The notes beneath the pieces are model-generated. The model saw only the letters and a list, made by a program, of their open reading frames with translations, made no database searches and was not told the origin of the DNA. From the human T2T-CHM13v2.0 reference genome, Homo sapiens, in the NCBI RefSeq assembly GCF_009914755.1, contig NC_060945.1: a stretch of DNA of 64,000 nucleotides; one strand, written 5' to 3'. The position numbers were made by a program, and so were the translations under genes. Shown piece by piece: positions 59,832-64,000 of the stretch; the first letter of the stretch is position 1, and every line of letters begins with the position of its first letter.

Positions 59832-61177
59832 TAAACTAATATAGAAGCTTAATAAGGAGAGTGCCTGGGAGCAACAGCCTCAGGCATAGTCTTAAAAGTG
59901 TCACCTTCTCACCTATATTTACCATAATATGTTAACCTGACAATTGTTTCAGCCATGAAGAAAGACAGAGGAATTGATGTGTGTTCAAGACTTGAGAGCC
60001 ATGGAGAGGAGCTGGTATCACCACTGCCTGCAGCTCAGGCCCATCACTGCATCCTTCACTCCACCATTCCTCACCTGGATTCACCTCACCCCTGACGTTA
60101 GAACCTGAACACGCCTCCGAAACTGGTGAGACAGAGGAGAGAAACTAAGCATACAGTACCTGTCCTGTCTTGTCAAAGGGAAGCCTGACCTTCGGTAAGC
60201 ATAGTCATAGGCAAGGGGAACCCAGCCTGCTCAGAAAGTGCTGCATGAGTTCATTCTGCAAACTTCAGGGCACTTCTTAGCATGCTCCTTTTTGAAGAAT
60301 TACATTTGTGCTTGTGGGATTGGTGTGGGACACTAGGCTAGAAAAATTTGGATATCAAATACATGTGCTCTCATAGGAGCTGCCAGCGCTGTGTGTTTTG
60401 AGGTGTATGTTGAAAAATAACCCTGTCCCAGAGCCTTTCTTTTACTGCCTCTCACAGTCTTTGAATTTCCGCCATCAAGGGGCATATCTTTGGCTCTCAG
60501 GAGAGATAAACAACAGTATTATCAATCACCATTTTAGCAGAATTAACACCTGAGAGGCGGAAACCAAAATGGACAAAGGAAACAAAAAGTACTTGGATTT
60601 TAAGACAAATATCTCCATGACTTTCTCTCTGACAGTGTTGAAACAAATAGCTCCTTGGGAGAGGACATTTCTTTTCCCAGGTGCCCTGCAGGGGAGGGTG
60701 CTTAGAAGAGGTCTACAGAGCCAACCTTGAGAAATGTCCTATAGGGCTGTGGTTTCCCTGCCTAAGACAAACTGAGAATGAGGAGGCTCTGAGCATGTAA
60801 TGCATATGGAGGAGACAGAAAAGGCTCTTTTAAACTGAATGCCTCATTGACACAACTGCTATCTTTCTATAAACTTAGACAAGGGATGGCAATTATGAGC
60901 ATATCCACTGATGCATGTCCTGCTCATGCCCATGGCAGACATTGCTAATCAATTACTACACTCTTTTCTAGTGAGCACAGATAAGACTTCAGAATCCTTC
61001 TCAGTTCTGCATTCCAGGCAGTCACTACCAGTCAGATGGAACTGACATTCAAAATGTAATTTATTTCCAGTCTTGGCCTTCGAGGGCATATACCCTAAAA
61101 GTCTAAAAGGTTCGTTGACATATTTGGATATTTTAATTTTATGTGCCTGGATAGAAAGCTTTGTTTTAAAAGTTGGT

Positions 61178-61504
<327 letters not shown>

Positions 61505-62215
61505 CTATTTTTTAAAAAATGTATATGTTGTTTTTCTGGATTTTCAATAACAACTTGCAAAAACCACATTTTTAAACTTCCTCCATATGAGGCAGCCACA
61601 AAACCAAAATCTCTTTGCTGCAGGTTTTTCCAAGAAGTAAAGGTCTTGCAGAAAATCATACATTCAAATATTCCATCAATGTAATAGGTAATCAACCTCA
61701 ATAAAATGTTCGTCTATCCACATAGAATACTATTGCCTAATAAGGTCTTTTACTAAGTAATTATAACGACACAATTTTATCAGTAAAGGTTAAGTATCTT
61801 TATCTGAGCAGAATCCAATGAAATTAGTCCTGATGTAATAAGTACCATTTGTCACTATTAGAGCTAGAGGGGTTGACAGGCTTGGATGTCTCCCTGGCAA
61901 CCCGAGTGTTCCATTTCTTTTTTCTGTAACCTTAGACACTAACAAGGCATAAAAGTCCAGAGGGCATAGAAGGTATCGCCTGGGTAATTTATGTACCCTC
62001 TTCTGACTTTGCCAGGCAGTGGCATATGCGAGCATCTAGAAGCATTTTAACAGCAAATATATTCATTCCCAAAATTTTGAGTCACGATGAATATTTTGAA
62101 CAGAAGTATTGTATTAATGTAGGTAGGTTTTCATTAACAAGGACAGTTACTAATTTTTAACTGACTCATTATCCACAACGAGAGAGAGAGAGATTGAGAA
62201 CATGTATGTAAACGG

Positions 62216-62608
62216 TGTTACAACTTCCTAAACACACTGCGCATGCTCACCTCCCAAGGGGAAGGAGGGCACTGCGCATGCGGGAAGCTCGTCCTAAGCG
62301 AAGAGTCATGGGAAAGGGGTGCAAGACACCTGAAGTGGGCCAGCCTACAAAGTCCTAGGATCAAGGTTAAAGATTGCACTTGTCCTTCAAGTTGCCTGCT
62401 TCAGTCTCTTCCAAGTGTACTTCCCTTTCTTTCCTGTTCTAAAGCTGTCTAAAATAAACTTCCACTCCTGCTCTGAAACTTGCCTCAGTCTCTTTTTGTG
62501 CCTTATACCCCTTGGTCGAATTCTTTCCTCTGAGGAGGCAAGAATTGGTGTTGCTATAGAGCCATATGGATTCGCTGCCGGTAACTCAGATACCATCCAC
62601 CAGTAACA
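62216..62608 (+). mobile_element. MER50/MER83-group ERV1 LTR (3' half)
   Basis: aaacacactgcgcatgc ... cttccaagtgtactt ... aataaacttccactcctgctctgaaacttgcctc ... gaggaggcaagaattg ... gtaaca. Confidence 0.78.
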
Positions 62609-63018
62609 CATGTGGGCCATGATCAGTGATGTAACAAAATTAATTATGAATGGCATTTCATAGATGTTCCTGCTATCAGTCTTAATGGGCAGAAATCCAA
62701 GAGCGGAGGCTGTGAGGGGTGTGGGGAAGAGGGAGATGCTGGATAAACATTTAGAGAAATATTACAAACAAAATTTTATATTTCCTCACTTTCCTATTAT
62801 CCTTTCTCTTTTTATATATAGCTAATATCGGTTTTCCACTTTAATAAATAAGCTAATATAAAAATATGATTTCTAAAAACAGGAAGGTAAAATTTGAATT
62901 GTCCTATTTTTAAATTTTGCAAACATCAATACCAAGATTTGGAACACTGTTAATTTGCAGATAGCCTAGCAGCATGACGTACCTTTTAAAACAGATTTCT
63001 TTTATTTTCTAATTTAGA

Positions 63019-63471
63019 AGTCATGGGATAAATTGCGTCCCCCCAAAATTCATGGCAGACCCCTAACCTGCAGTATCTCAAAACATGGCTTTACTTGGAA
63101 ATAAGGTCTTTATAGTGATAATCAAATTTAAATGAGGCCATTAGGATGGGTGCCAGTTCAATATAAGTGGTGTCCTTATAGAATGGAGAAATATGGAGAC
63201 AGACACTGACACCCATAGAGGGAACATGAGGTAAAAACACTGGAAGAAGCCAGCCGTGTGACTGGCGTGATGTCTATAATACAAACCAACAAGAGCAAGG
63301 CTTGCCAGCCAGCGCCAGGTGCCGCAGGAGGTGAGCAAGGACCTCTCCAGAACTGTCAGGGAGAACATGGCCCTGCAGACACCTGAATTTTGGAGGTGTA
63401 AGCTCCAGAACTGTGAGAGAATCAGCTTCTATTGTGGTCATATGTTATGGAATCCCCAGGAAGCTCACACA
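63019..63471 (+). mobile_element. MLT1C-like LTR
   Basis: gggataaattgcgtccccccaaaattcat ... ctccagaactgtgagaga ... ggaagctcacaca. Confidence 0.82.
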
Positions 63472-63992
63472 ATTTACTTCAGATTAAAGATAAAAAATCT
63501 ATTTCCAGAATATAATCAAAGGTTCAACAACGATATGCCTGAGGACATGACATTCTGGGAATAGATTATATTCTGGAAATAGCTTTCTTATCTTTAATCT
63601 AAATAAGCTGTGTGAGTTTCCTGGGGGTTTCCACAAAAAATTATCACAACAGGCCAGTCGCACATGTAATCCCAGCACTTTGGGAGGACAAGGTGGGCAG
63701 ATCACTTAAGTTCAGGAGTTTGAGACCAGCTTGGCCAACATGGTGAATCTCCTCATCTCTATTAAAAATACAAAAAAATTAGCTGGGCATGGGGATGGGT
63801 GCCTGTAATCCCAGCTATTCTGGAGGCTGAGGCACAAGGATTGCTTGAACCTGGGGGGTGGAGGTTGCAGAGAGCCAAGATTGCACCACTGCACTCTCTG
63901 TGACAAGAGTGAAACTCCATCTCAAAAAACAAACAAAAATTATCACAACAGAAGTTTAATCTCTTACAGTTATTGAGGCTACAACTCCAAAA
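63388..63992. repeat. Quasi-palindrome with ~130-bp arms and 46-nt loop; right arm split by an Alu
   Basis: 63388-63517 is the reverse complement of 63564-63652 plus 63952-63992. Confidence 0.92.
63653..63934 (+). mobile_element. Alu (AluS)
   Basis: 17-bp TSD aaaaattatcacaacag (63636-63652 / 63935-63951). Confidence 0.93.
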
Positions 63993-64000
63993 CAGAACCA

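Overview
Human (primate) genomic DNA lying entirely inside the DSCAM gene, which is on the minus strand. The only protein-coding sequence I can support is one 147-nt phase 1-1 exon (7835-7981, minus) encoding part of the second Ig domain. I recall it as exon 4, so 1-7834 is intron 4 and 7982-64000 is intron 3. The antisense lncRNA DSCAM-AS1 lies on the + strand at about 21.8-24.15 kb, with forkhead motifs at its 5' end and a strong CTCF motif about 1.2 kb downstream. The rest is repeat-rich intron: about 17 Alus, young and old L1, L2/MIR, MaLR and ERV LTRs, Charlie1, a MER85 piggyBac MITE and simple repeats. Almost all ORFs in the supplied track are repeat or low-complexity artefacts. The least explained structures are two local inverted duplications (19538-21250, just upstream of DSCAM-AS1, and 63388-63992). 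Each has one arm split by a TSD-flanked Alu and higher arm identity on the loop-proximal side. I see no evidence of a new protein-coding system. Repeat subfamily calls come from remembered consensus sequences and identity counts were done by hand, so both need confirming.
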